Of a stretch of DNA of 64,000 bases, positions 38,052-50,750 are shown one piece after another. The stretch is from Eledone cirrhosa (taxonomy: Eukaryota), in assembly GCA_964016885.1 (NCBI GenBank), contig OZ024742.1, positions 57,474,001-57,538,000 of the forward strand, in the 5' to 3' direction. A program made the position numbers and the translations under genes. Positions within the stretch are counted from its first letter, which is position 1; each line of letters begins with the position of its first letter. Under the pieces are notes generated by a model that was not told the origin of the DNA, did not search any database, and saw only the letters and a list, made by a program, of their open reading frames with translations.

Positions 38052-38664
38052 AAAGGCAGTAAGCGTATATATAGAGAGTTCATAGTAGAGGTTAAAGGTT
38101 TTTGGTGTTATGCGGGGGAGGGGGGTTCTTGTACAAATAACCTATGCAATCTCGAGTAACCTATGCAATCTCGAGTTATATTACATAATTACAGGGGCCG
38201 ACCTATTAGATAGCAGGATCGAACGTGTCTTCAACTGTAGACATAAAATCGCAAAAGCATTCTCCTACTACCAACCGGGGTAGCTTCAGATTCGATCCAT
38301 CTACCATTCCACTCAGGCATATATAAACCTTATCTCTCAGACTCTCTCATTTCCTAACTATACATTTCATATATACTTTGATGCCAGTGATGAAATTTAA
38401 CCTATGTCTTATAAAAGATGACAATTCTTTATCTACAAACTTATCAACAACCTCATAAAACCGAATATATCAACAACCCGATACATGTCAACAAACATTT
38501 AGGACAAATAACCATTGATCAATACAATAAAGCACTTTCAACCAATCAGCAGCCAGCCCCACCGACTCTGCCTTGCCACGCCCAACAACAAAACCCACCA
38601 GCATAACACCAAAATGTTTAACTTCTACTATGAACTCTCTTTATATACGCTTCTTACTGCCTTT
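38052..38664. repeat. Diverged inverted repeat (about 60-bp arms), probable decayed PLE-type fold-back
   Basis: aaaggcagtaagcgtatatatagagagttcatagtagag...ggtgttatgc (38052-38113) is the inverse of 38602-38664. Confidence 0.65.
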
Positions 38665-39147
38665 CTATTTTCTTTCTTTTTTTTATATCATTATGTCTCT
38701 CTCGTTCATGTCTACTCCTTTTCCCATCTACACGTCTACCCATCTTATAAGGTCCTAACTAATACAAGTCGTTTTGATAATATGTTGTGCAGGGAGTTAA
38801 AAGAATCTTTCAGTGTATTTGAATTCGATTTTTCCCGATAGCTTATTGGGATTAGCGGCTTCCAGATGGGCTTCCAGATGGGCTTCCTGCACTCCAATGA
38901 AACATATCCTACTGTACAGTGTATTGTTAATCTGAGTAAATCTGTATCTATTTATATATATGTAGATAAATCTACCAAAATGTACGGTAGTGTCCAATCC
39001 GTATGAAGAACACAATGTAATCCGAATATCATGAAAAGAGAAGATGTATTCAAAATATTTTTTCGGTGAAAATTAACGGAAAACAGAGTCAAGATAAATT
39101 AATAAAACAATGAATAAACAAAGAAACAGTTCCTTATATTAAAAAAT

Positions 39148-39285
39148 TCATCATTTTACGATCGTTTCTAGGATATATATGTTAGTGTTGGTATGCATAT
39201 CCTATAGATCTATGTAAAATGTTTACAAACTATCAGAGGGAATATACATACCTACACATATATATGCTGTCTTCAGAAATAATGA
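39148..39285 (-). ncRNA. Type I hammerhead with very long stem II (left arm)
   Basis: Inverse of 40664-40801. Confidence 0.75.
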
Positions 39286-39929
39286 TATTTGTTTATTGAA
39301 AAAACCAACAAAGATTTAATACAATAGGTCTGTTTTTCTATTGACCAATAGAAAGATAGTGAAGGTCAAGATAGTAATATAGTAGTAAAAGAACCTTAAT
39401 TTATGGGTAGAGGAAGGTAGATTTCAGTTTTGGATGGAAAGAATATTATGAATGAAAGATTATTTTAGGGATGAGGATAGGTCATATGCTGACCTCAGAA
39501 ATAATTATATTTGTTCATTGAATAAAACCAACAAAGATTTAATATAGTAGGTCTGTTTGGGAACAGGTTTTGAATTAACCAATAGAAAGGTCATAATTGG
39601 CCAAATGGTAAAATAGTAGTAATTGAAGTTTATTTTAGGGGTAGAAGAAGGCAGATTTCAGTTTTGAATGGAAGGAGTATGAAGAATGAAATATAACATA
39701 CATTTTAGAAATTAATATAAAAACTATTTTTAATTTAGTTAACCTATAATTAATATTCTACTACTGATGAACTACATAATTTTACTTTCCTTCTTACAAC
39801 TATCTTTTCCTAAAATTGATACCATTAAGTAAACATATATAATGTTTTAATTTCAGGTTATGATTCTGTGTTCCTTGAAATCTCTATATATTTATTATTT
39901 CTCACTAATAAATTTAACCCCCCCCCCAA

Positions 39930-39960
<31 letters not shown>

Positions 39961-40663
39961 TCTTTTTATATTTTTTTAATTTCCCCTCGTCTTTAACAGC
40001 ACTCTTCAATTACATCTAACTCTTATTTATCATATCTATATGCATTAATATAATTTTATCAATATAAATATACCCATCAATTAAATTAATTTATATTCTT
40101 TTCATAGATGTAAATTCCATATATATTTTTTTCACTAACACTTTTATCGTAAAATTTCAGTCTCCTTAGATATTTACATTGGCATTATTCTTTTATAACA
40201 GCAACTTTTCGTGTACTTTTTACTGACCTGACCTATTTTCGCCCCTAAAATAACCTTTTCATTCTTCATACTCCTTCCATTCAAAACTGAAATCTGCCTT
40301 CTTCTACCCCTAAAATAAACTTCAATTACTACTATTTTACCATTTGGCCAATTATGACTTTTCTATTGGTTAATTCAAAACCTGTTCCCAAACAGACCTA
40401 CTATATTAAATCTTTGTTGGTTTTATTCAATGAACAAATATAATTATTTCTGAGGTCAGCATATGACCTATTCTCATCCCTAAAATAATCTTTCATTCAT
40501 AATATTCTTTCCATCCAAAACTGAAATCTACCTTCCTCTACCCATAAATTAAGGTTCTTTTACTACTATATTACTATCTTGACCTTCACTATCTTTCTAT
40601 TGGTCAATAGAAAAACAGACCTATTGTATTAAATCTTTGTTGGTTTTTTTCAATAAACAAATA

Positions 40664-40801
40664 TCATTATTTCTGAAGACAGCATATATATGTGTAGGTA
40701 TGTATATTCCCTCTGATAGTTTGTAAAAATTTTACATAGATCTATAGGATATGCATACCAACACTAACATATATATCCTAGAAACGATCGTAAAATGATG
40801 A
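40664..40801 (+). ncRNA. Type I hammerhead with very long stem II (right arm)
   Basis: tcattattt-CTGAAGA-[about 100-nt paired domain]-GAAA-cgatcg-TA-aaatgatga. Confidence 0.78.
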
Positions 40802-40852
40802 ATTTTTTAATATAAGGAACTGTTTCTTTGTTTATTCATTGTTTTATTAATT

Positions 40853-40939
<87 letters not shown>

Positions 40940-41200
40940 AAGGTATATATTGAGTTAGGAACTCAAAATAGTCTCTTACAACAAAATAGCTCTAAGAAAG
41001 AGATATTTCCGAGCCGTATATTATAATAGAATATAAAAGAAAAACGAACACTCATATATACGTATATGTGTTCAAATCGTAAGGGACCAGATTCGCTAAG
41101 ATGAAAAGAATACTAACTATAGACAATTGGGTTTGTTGCTTGTCTCAATTTAAGAAAAAATCAAGAAAATAAATACAAACCGGAATTGTGGTAACTACTG

Positions 41201-41275
41201 ATCACCCAGACAACTTGTTGTTTCGCAATGTTAATTGTAAATAGAATTACCAATTCAAGCTCATCAGTGGGTGAT
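41201..41275 (-). ncRNA. Type I hammerhead (left arm)
   Basis: Reverse complement: atcaccca-CTGATGA-gc...gc-GAAA-caacaagttg-TC-tgggtgat. Confidence 0.9.
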
Positions 41276-41522
41276 GGATTAGTATCCTAGACACTTCTAA
41301 ATATATTAAGAAACTGAATAGTGTGCTATATATATAAACATTTTAGCGCACATGGCAACCTAGTGCGTCTCACAAATTTACACCACTAAAAATAAACCTG
41401 GCTGCTATTTTTAGTGGTGTAAGTTTGTGAGATGCACTAGGTTGCCATGTGCGCTAAAATGTTTATATATAGCACACTATTCAGTTTCTTAATATATTTA
41501 GAAGTGTCTAGGATACTAATTC

Positions 41523-41600
41523 ATCACCCACTGATGAGCTTGAATTGGTAATTCTATTCACAATTAACATTGCGAAACAACAACAAGTTGTCTGGGTGAT
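41523..41600 (+). ncRNA. Type I hammerhead with canonical GUC site (right arm)
   Basis: atcaccca-CTGATGA-gc...gc-GAAA-caac aacaa gttg-TC-tgggtgat. Confidence 0.92.
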
Positions 41601-43295
41601 CGGTAGTTACCACAATTCCGGTTTGTATTTATTTTGTTGATTTTTTCTTAAATTGAGACAAGCAACAAACCCAATTGTCTATAGTTAGTATTCTTTTCAC
41701 CTTAACGAATCTGGTCCCTTACGAATTGAACACATATATGTATATATCTGTGTTCGCTTTTCTTTTATATTCTATTATATATATATATATACATAACAAA
41801 AGTGGAAGTATACAATCAAATCTCAAAAGAGAGTAGAGACAGATATATAGGTTGTAATTGCCAGATAAATGTTTCAATGTTTATCTCATGCAAAACAAGC
41901 GTATCAGTTTTTTTGTAATAGACCTTACTTTTTTTTTTCTCTTAAAATAAGGACTGATCACCTCATTTCTAGACCAACTCAGATTCGATAGCGAATCGGT
42001 CGTATAAGGCTAACAATTTACTTATAGATTAAAAAAGAAACCCAGAAAAAAAGTTTCTCCCTTTTAACTATTGATATATTATTATATAACAAGAATATAT
42101 ATATCCACCTTCATATTTCTTGTGCTACAAAGAAATATAGATTTAAATAAATGAAGGTGGTGACTTAAAAGAAACTTAACAAGTCTCAAATAAATGGCTT
42201 TTTAAACTCTGAATGTCGTAGACACTTCATGGGGTGTTTTGGTTGACCTGCTTGAACATTTATGCATGCCTTATATATATAATATATATAACATTCACTC
42301 TCTCTTTTGTATTTTTTTTCCTCCTTCTTCTTATAAATAAAAGTGGTTTGTATTTTCTCCTAAGGGCCAACATTTGCGTTATATTAAAAAAGAATAGAAC
42401 ATAACACGTGATTTTCATTTTTATCGGCTTCTTTTTTCTCTCAATTATTAAATTTTCTATTCTCAATTTGGTATTTTCTTCTCTGATGTTCCCAGCTGCT
42501 TATTATGGTAGTGTCTGTCGGTATATTAATCCGACACCCTACACATAGCAGTTGCAATGATTTATCTAGCTATATATATATATATGTATATGTGTGTAAT
42601 ACATATATATAGCTAGATAAATGCGAAGAAATACCTATGATGGCTAGTAGACCACTGATGATGGATAGTCCTGGCTTCTATTTCTAATTCTTTATTATAT
42701 ATATATGTATATATATATAGTTTAGCGAGGTTTTTTATATGAAATCGTGTGTCGAAACAGGTATTGTTATACTTGGGGAGGGTCATATTTGCGTAATATT
42801 GCCAGAATTAATAACAGAACACACTCACTGTTTGGTTGGTTTTCGCTTCTCGCTGTCTTTTATATCTGCGATCTAACTTACTCGGTCCTCAATGTTGCCA
42901 TTGACTGACCGACGGTCAAAAATAATACAGATACAATATAGACACAAACACATATATATAGTTTACATAATTTACATAAATCTTTCGTTGCACATCTGCA
43001 ACATCGTCAGTGGTGTTATATTTTTTGTTCCTCCTGTTGTGTTGTATGTCTACGCCATTTTTTTTTTATTCAGTCCGTCTATATATTTATTTATTTATTT
43101 GCTTGTTTGTTTATCTTATTTTATTTTGTCTTCTTTGCGCATGCGTTTGCGTGTGTGTATAGTGTTATGTGTGCTGTGTGACTAGTGTGTATAGTGTTGT
43201 GTCTGCTGGGTGACTAGTGTGTGTTTATGTGCTTGTTGTTATTGTGCTTGTGTATGTATTTATTTATCTTATTTTATTTTATTTTATTTACTTAT

Positions 43296-46160
43296 TTATA
43301 CTTCTCTTAGGTCAGTGCTGTTTGTTTGGGTGTTGTTGTTCCACTCATTCTTTCTGTTTAGCTTTGGTCTTCTAATTTCTATTTCACTGGCCTCTCTGAT
43401 TTGCCTATCTGCTGGGTCATTCCTATGTTTAGATATTCTAATTTCTATGTTGTCTATGTTACCGTCATGTTGTTGTCTAGCATGTTCGTATAGTACTGAC
43501 CCGTTTTTTCGTCCTTTTAATTCCCCCCAGTGTTGGTCTATCCTTTCACCTATGCTACGAGTTGTCTCACCTATGTATGTTGTTGTCATGTTTCTGCAAG
43601 TACCCTCTGTACATCTTATGCCATAGACTACGTTTCTAGTTTTACAGTTTATCCGGGGGTTCACCTTACATATGATACATTTCCTATTGGTACAGTGGGT
43701 TTTCTTAAAAGGGTAGGTTTTGCTGATCAGCGATTTTATGGTGGTTCCTGGCTTTTCTACCACCTTTATTTTTAAGTGGGTCTTTCTCAGGGCCTTTCTA
43801 CACTGGTTAGCTAATTTCCCTCCAGGGGTGGCGTCCACAAACATGACACTCTGATATCTCTGGTTGTCGTACCATGATGTGGCCTTCCCTATCTTATGTC
43901 TAGCCCTATCTAAGCTATTCCATGATTTTCTCCTGTATAGTGGGCAAATTCCTTTCATGTCCAGTTCTATGAGGGTCTTATACTTTTCCATGGCTCCTTC
44001 GTATACCCTGACTCTGTCTCTTTGGTTGTAGCCAGAGAACTGCATGCGGTTGATGAAGTGTTGGATGTGTCTTTCCATTTCTGTTGGGTCGCACATGCTG
44101 GACACATTCTTCATCACTCGTACCAAATCTGCGATCAGAATATTAAACTTAGCACTACTGGACATTGCTGAGTTTTTGAGTATCAGGTATTTGGAGGCCA
44201 TGGGTTTAGCATAGTGTGAGTGGAGAATTTGGGCTCTCTCGTCTATAGTGTTAATCCAGAGTTCTGTGTCTAATACAGGTAGTCTATTGTTAGGGTGTTT
44301 GGAAGGTAAGTCGATAGTTACAGTTATACTCTGGTGTATGGAATTAGCTATCTGCTGGATGCTTTCCATCGTGCTACGTTCTAAATCAAACTTGTTAGTG
44401 CTCTCTAGTGGGGGTGTTCTTATAACTATATTGATATCGTCTACATAACGAGAGTACATGATGAGGTCTATGGAGCTTTCATTAAGGAGATCTTTAAGTC
44501 TCCTTTCCCACCATACCATGAAAAGGTTGACAACATCACCAGCTATGCTGACGCCGATGGCTGCTCCCTCATTTTGGGTGTAGATTTTCTCATTGAACTT
44601 AAATATGTGGCCCTTTAGGGTAGTTTTGATACTAGCCCCTATTGCATGTGCGACCATTTTTCTTACCTGATCAGTGTTTTGGGGGGTCCGTATAGCTTTG
44701 GTCCACCCAATCCACCTTCCTCTGGGAGTCTTTTTAGCCATTGAGGTTATGGTGGGGGGTCTACCTCTTATAGGTCTACTAGGGCAGAAACATCTAAGGT
44801 CATGGCTGTCTAGGTAGTCAGTATCGTAGGTAAGTCTAAGTAGGAGGCCCAGTTCGTCTGTGTCGACGTCGCAGAACTCCACCTCACTCTCAATGATCAT
44901 CTCCACACATCTTTTCACAGCAAAATCAATGTTAATGGATGGGTACAGTGACACCACATCCATGCTGCCTATTATGCAGTTGGATAGGCTCCTGTTTTTG
45001 TTGCACTCACTGATTCTGCTGAGGAGGTCCTCTGTACTTTCACATACATCTGGGGACATCTTGATTATGGGGCGTATAACCATTGAGAGGAAGTAGGGGA
45101 TCCTGTAGTTGCTAGCTATATTAGCTCCGCATACGGGTCTTGTTGGTGGTCCTGTTGTCGGGTCGTCGACTGTCTTGTGGTCTTTGCGGAGCCCATACAA
45201 GGGTGGTATGCCATTGTTAGACGCCTGGAAGTTGTTGGCAGTGCGTCTGCTTGGCTTTAGGATGTCAGTCCACATTTTTTCTCTCCCATCGTGTGTTTGT
45301 TGTGCAACTTCGCTCGTGTTGGTGATGTGGGGTTGCATAGCCTCGATGTAGTTCGGCATGCTATCTATTGACATCCTACCAGACTTATCTGTGGGTAGAC
45401 ACACTACCTCACCATCCCTTGTGCGCTGCTTGAGGCTAACCAAGCCTTCTACAGGTTTTCTCCCAAGTTGTTGGGCCTCTGGTCTGCTCTGTCTCATAGT
45501 ATACCTGTCTACTACTTGTCTAATCTTATTTCTAGCTATGGTGAACTGTGCCTCCGTCTCGTCATCTATTTGCTGTGGTATGCAAACTCTTTTATTAAAG
45601 GGTAACCTCGTAGGATAGATATTACCCATCTTATATGTTTTGTCAGCTGGGTTGAAAAATAGTTTCTCTAAGGGGTTGTCGTTATATCTATCGTCATAGT
45701 TGTGTGTGTTGCTATTATTGTTATCATGGTGGTTGTTGTTGTTTCTATCATTAGCATTATTATTATTGTTATGATTGCTAGATGTATTGTTGTTTACTTC
45801 ACCGTTATTGTTGTTGTTGTTACTGTTATTTCTACCATTGTGGTTGTTACTATTATTATGTTTCTTGTTTTTGTTGATGTTGCTACATGTACTATTTCCA
45901 TTATTACCACTGTGGTTATTGTTGTTGTTGTTCGTATTGTTACCGTTATTACTACTGTGGTCACTGTTGCTGTGTCTGTGGTTAACGTTTCTATTATTAT
46001 TATTATTGTAGTTGTTGTTGTTCCGTCTATCGCTAGTATTATTGCCATTATCACTATTTCTCACTTTCCTGCCATTGTTATGGTTATGGCTGTTATTTCT
46101 ATACCCAGAGTTATTGTTTATATTACTACTACCGTTATTATTGTTGTTGTTGTTTACCTT
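43296..46160 (-). CDS. PLE reverse transcriptase plus GIY-YIG endonuclease, open frame of about 955 codons, 5'-truncated, Asn-rich N-terminal part
   Basis: DKSG, LYGLRKDHK, PTRPV, SMDVVSLYPSI, QNEGAAIG, RYVDD, LPVLD, a Cys cluster HCTNRKCIIC...NC, and NVVYGIRC...YIGETTR...R...H. Confidence 0.92.
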   Translation of the reverse strand, partial: KVNNNNNNNGSSNINNNSGYRNNSHNHNNGRKVRNSDNGNNTSDRRNNNNYNNNNNRNVNHRHSNSDHSSNNGNNTNNNNNNHSGNNGNSTCSNINKNKKHNNSNNHNGRNNSNNNNNNGEVNNNTSSNHNNNNNANDRNNNNHHDNNNSNTHNYDDRYNDNPLEKLFFNPADKTYKMGNIYPTRLPFNKRVCIPQQIDDETEAQFTIARNKIRQVVDRYTMRQSRPEAQQLGRKPVEGLVSLKQRTRDGEVVCLPTDKSGRMSIDSMPNYIEAMQPHITNTSEVAQQTHDGREKMWTDILKPSRRTANNFQASNNGIPPLYGLRKDHKTVDDPTTGPPTRPVCGANIASNYRIPYFLSMVIRPIIKMSPDVCESTEDLLSRISECNKNRSLSNCIIGSMDVVSLYPSINIDFAVKRCVEMIIESEVEFCDVDTDELGLLLRLTYDTDYLDSHDLRCFCPSRPIRGRPPTITSMAKKTPRGRWIGWTKAIRTPQNTDQVRKMVAHAIGASIKTTLKGHIFKFNEKIYTQNEGAAIGVSIAGDVVNLFMVWWERRLKDLLNESSIDLIMYSRYVDDINIVIRTPPLESTNKFDLERSTMESIQQIANSIHQSITVTIDLPSKHPNNRLPVLDTELWINTIDERAQILHSHYAKPMASKYLILKNSAMSSSAKFNILIADLVRVMKNVSSMCDPTEMERHIQHFINRMQFSGYNQRDRVRVYEGAMEKYKTLIELDMKGICPLYRRKSWNSLDRARHKIGKATSWYDNQRYQSVMFVDATPGGKLANQCRKALRKTHLKIKVVEKPGTTIKSLISKTYPFKKTHCTNRKCIICKVNPRINCKTRNVVYGIRCTEGTCRNMTTTYIGETTRSIGERIDQHWGELKGRKNGSVLYEHARQQHDGNIDNIEIRISKHRNDPADRQIREASEIEIRRPKLNRKNEWNNNTQTNSTDLREV

Positions 46161-46161
46161 T

Positions 46162-47230
46162 GCATCCAGCAGATAGCTAATTCCATACACCAGAGTATAA
46201 CTGTAACTATCGACTTCCCTTCCAAACACCCTAACAATAGACTACCTGTATTAGACACAGAACTCTGGATTAACACTATAGACGAGAGAGCCCAAATTCT
46301 CCACTCACACTATGCTAAACCCATGGCCTCCAAATACCTGATACTCAAAAACTCAGCAATGTCCAGTAGTGCTAAGTTTAATATTCTGATCGCAGATTTG
46401 GTACGAGTGATGAAGAATGTGTCCAGCATGTGCGACCCAACAGAAATGGAAAGACACATCCAACACTTCATCAACCGCATGCAGTTCTCTGGCTACAACC
46501 AAAGAGACAGAGTCAGGGTATACGAAGGAGCCATGGAAAAGTATAAAACCCTCATAGAACTGGACATGAAAGGAATTTGCCCACTATACAGGAGAAAATC
46601 ATGGAATAGCTTAGATAGGGCTAGACATAAGATAGGGAAGGCCACATCATGGTACGACAACCAGAGATATCAGAGTGTCATGTTTGTGGACGCCACCCCT
46701 GGAGGGAAATTAGCTAACCAGTGTAGAAAGGCCCTGAGAAAGACCCACTTAAAAATAAAGGTGGTAGAAAAGCCAGGAACCACCATAAAATCGCTGATCA
46801 GCAAAACCTACCCTTTTAAGAAAACCCACTGTACCAATAGGAAATGTATCATATGTAAGGTGAACCCCCGGATAAACTGTAAAACTAGAAACGTAGTCTA
46901 TGGCATAAGATGTACAGAGGGTACTTGCAGAAACATGACAACAACATACATAGGTGAGACAACTCGTAGCATAGGTGAAAGGATAGACCAACACTGGGGG
47001 GAACTAAAAGGACGAAAAAACGGGTCAGTACTATACGAACATGCTAGACAACAACATGACGGTAACATAGACAACATAGAAATTAGAATAATATCTAAAC
47101 ATAGGAATGACCCAGCAGATAGGCAAATCAGAGAGCCCAGTGAAATAGAAATTAGAAGACCAAAGCTAAACAGAAAGAATGAGTGAAACAACAACACCCA
47201 AACAAACAGCACTGACCTAAGAGAAGTATA
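46162..47230 (+). pseudogene. Inverted partial copy of the PLE ORF (thumb plus GIY-YIG); TGG>TGA at 47184
   Basis: The C-terminal part of ORF 45702-47186 equals the C-terminal part of ORF 43296-46229. Confidence 0.9.
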
Positions 47231-47769
47231 AATAAGTAAATAAAATAAAATAAAATAAGATAAATAAATACATACACAAGCACAATAACAACAAGCACAT
47301 AAACACACACTAGTCACCCAGCAGACACAACACTATGCACACTAGTCACACAGCACACATAACACTATACACACACGCAAACGCATGCGCAAAGAAGACA
47401 AAATAAAATAAGATAAACAAACAAGCAAATAAATAAATAAATATATAGACAGACTGAATAAAAAAAAATGGCGTAGACATACAACACAACAGGAGGAACA
47501 AAAAATATAACACCACTGACGATGTTGCAGATGTGCAACGAAAGATTTATGTAAATTATGTAAACTATATATATGTGTTTGTGTCTATATTGTATCTGTA
47601 TTATTTTTGACCGTCGGTCAGTCAATGGCAACATTGAGGACCGAGTAAGTTAGATCGCAGATATAAAAGACAGCGAGAAGCGAAAACCAACCAAACAGTG
47701 AGTGTGTTCTGTTATTAATTCTGGCAATATTACGCAAATATGACCCTCCCCAAGTATAACAATATATAT

Positions 47770-48536
<767 letters not shown>

Positions 48537-48562
48537 ATATATATATATATATATATACATAG

Positions 48563-48630
<68 letters not shown>

Positions 48631-48724
48631 TATGATTCTTCCTCATTCCTTGAGAAGGAACACGTGACCACTGCTGCTACATATTTTAGCCTGTTTCAAC
48701 TTCCAACAGAGAGCAAGGGAAAGC

Positions 48725-48759
48725 ACTGTCCTGATGAGGACCAGAAATGCATTGACAGT
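48725..48759 (+). ncRNA. Ultra-minimal type I hammerhead motif
   Basis: actgtc-CTGATGA-ggacca-GAAA-tgca-TT-gacagt; distal stem caacagag/ctctgttg. Confidence 0.78.
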
Positions 48760-48922
48760 TATCCTCTGTTGCTTCTGCTGGAATCCGCTAGACGACGCTG
48801 GCCGTCAGCCTTTCAATTCGTACCTGGGCTTTCAAAATGTTTATTTATTAAACATACCATATATCTTTAGATATACGAAATTCACACACACACACGCGCG
48901 CGTATATGTATGTATATATATA

Positions 48923-49803
48923 TACGAGGTGTGTCAGAAAAGTTCCAGGACTGATGTCACAAAAGATTTATTTCAAACCCAAACTTCACACTAAGAGTTT
49001 TCTCCTTCAAAGTAATTCACTTGGAGTCTAATGCACTTTTCCATCCTTTTCTGCCACGCTTGCATGCACTCCTGGAATGATTCTTCCGGGATCCTCCGCA
49101 GTTCTGTCGTCACGGCCTTTTTTATGTTGTTCACGTCTTCAAAACGAGTCCCCTCCGGTTCGTACTCGAAGATCCATGACTCATCACCGGTGATGACTGT
49201 CCGTAGCAAGTCTGGTTCGGTTTCAAGACGCTCGAGGATGTCCTGGCACACTTGCATGCGTCGACCCTTCTGGTCTTCGTTCAGCAGTTTTGGCACCATC
49301 TTCGCGCAGACTTTTTGCATGTCCAAATCTTCAGTGAGAATCTTCCAGACGCTGTCCCGATTCATGCCCGGCTCATTTGCCATCAGTCGAACAGTCAGCC
49401 GACGATCGCTATGCACCATCTGCCTGACGCGCTCAACGTTGACCTCAGTCCTGGTTGTTGAGGGCCTTCCGCTCCTGGGATCATCTTGCACCACTAAAAA
49501 ACACGTGAGTGTGACATCGTCTCATCTCAATACACTTGCTGCAGCAATCCCAGTGCTTCTGACGGAGTTTTCCCCAACCGTACCAGAAACTTCAAGTTTG
49601 TTCGTTGCTCTGTGCTCATTGCTTGACGACCTGAAACAGAGGACATGTATATAAAATTATGATGAAAAAAGTTTGATCGCTGCAGAGAGCTAAGATTACA
49701 TCCTCCAGAGGGATTACTTTGAAGGAGAAAACTCTTCGTGTGAAGTTTAGGTTTGAAATAAATCTTTTGTGACATCCGTCCTGGAACTTTTCTGACACAC
49801 CTC

Positions 49804-49806
<3 letters not shown>
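48923..49806 (-). mobile_element. Internally deleted mariner (Tc1/mariner) DNA transposon
   Basis: TIRs of about 68 bp (yacgaggtgtgtcagaaaagttccaggac...) in a TA context. Transposase pieces: EQRTNLKF, DDPRSGRPST, AKMVPKLL, ITGDESWIFEYEPE, then a deletion to GTRFED. Confidence 0.93.
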
Positions 49807-49900
<94 letters not shown>

Positions 49901-50086
49901 AGTTAATATCACCACAAGTACTAAGTACCCCTGGAAATATATAGGGTGTCTATGATACAAGGGTTGTTCTATGGTATTAATTTGACATACCAGAACTATA
50001 ATATTGAGATAAGCAGAGCAAGCAAGATTCAAACAATTTTTTTAAATAAATTAAAAAATATAATTTAAATATTTACCTATTCCAAT

Positions 50087-50170
50087 TGCTTTTACCGAAC
50101 GGTTTCACTTCACAAAAGATTGGAGATCCCTGGGGACCTCCAATGGAAAAGTTTACATCATCAGAAAGCA
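50087..50170 (-). ncRNA. Type I hammerhead (left arm)
   Basis: Inverse of 50586-50669. Confidence 0.85.
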
Positions 50171-50585
50171 TTTTCCTTTCCGAGGACTAAAAGTCCCAGG
50201 AACAGCAAAATATATTGCCATCTGCCAGATAGCACAGGATCGAATGGGGCCGAAAATTTGACCTATACATGAACCAGCCCGTAGTACTATAATATTGAGA
50301 TAAGCGGAGCAAGCAAGATTGAAACAATTTTTTAAAATAAATTAAAAATATAATTTAAATATTTACCTATTCTTATTATCTCCGTTATGTAGAGAACAAA
50401 TCTGTTGTTCTATTTAGCTGCTATTTTTAGTGGCGAGGTAGACAATACGTCTATGTTTACTTCCGCTTCTACTACGGGCTGGTTCATGTATAGGTCAAAT
50501 TTTCGGCCCCATTCGATCCTGTGCTAGCTGGCAGATGGCAATATATTTTGTCGTTCCTGGGACTTTTAGTCCTAGGAAAGGAAAA

Positions 50586-50669
50586 TGCTTTCTGATGATC
50601 TAAACTTTTCCATTGGAGGTCCCCAGGGATCTCCAATCTTTTGTGAAGTGAAACCGTTCGGTAAAAGCA
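50586..50669 (+). ncRNA. Type I hammerhead (right arm)
   Basis: tgcttt-CTGATGA-[long stem II including attggaggtccc/gggatctccaat]-GAAA-ccg tt cgg-TA-aaagca. Confidence 0.85.
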
Positions 50670-50750
50670 ATTGGAATAGGTAAATATTTAAATTATATTT
50701 TTTAATTATTTTAAAAAATTGTTTGAATCTTGCTTGCTCCGCTTATCTCA

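Larger units (their letters stand above)
39092..40857. mobile_element. Large non-coding inverted repeat (about 600-bp arms 39092-39691 and 40257-40857) with a hammerhead near each outer end
   Basis: The arms are near-identical reverse complements. Each has an internal diverged duplication of period about 220 bp. Confidence 0.9.
41022..41778. mobile_element. Fold-back element (about 373-bp arms, 11-nt loop 41395-41405) with one hammerhead per arm
   Basis: caccactaaaaata-aacctggctgc-tatttttagtggtg at the centre; TA-rich flanks. Confidence 0.9.
42720..47763 (-). mobile_element. Penelope-like element with a 1.6-kb inverted duplicate of its 3' part
   Basis: 42763-44362 is the near-identical inverse of 46162-47763. 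(TA)n lies on both sides. Confidence 0.93.

Noticed and set aside
38797-39015. Short minus ORF as a possible host exon (also 42200-42250 and 59265-59468)
   Set aside because: No recognisable domain or convincing splice context.
42630-42690. Isolated CTGATGA here and at 39764; CTGAGGA at 61267
   Set aside because: No downstream GAAA with closing helices.
45702-46160. Hydrophobic Val/Ile-rich N-terminus of the 494-aa plus ORF
   Set aside because: It is the antisense reading of the Asn-rich tract, joined by the inversion junction to the inverted PLE fragment.
47184-47186. In-frame TGA in the PLE copy as possible selenocysteine, as reported for some Naiad PLEs
   Set aside because: It replaces a Trp codon (TGG in the other arm), not Cys, and no SECIS was recognised.
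47511-47560. CTGACGA-t-gttgca-gatg-tgcaac-GAAA in the PLE 3' region (inverse near 42975-43015)
   Set aside because: No matching stem III, cleavage triplet or stem I partner was found. At most it is a partial or deleted hammerhead, so it was not counted.
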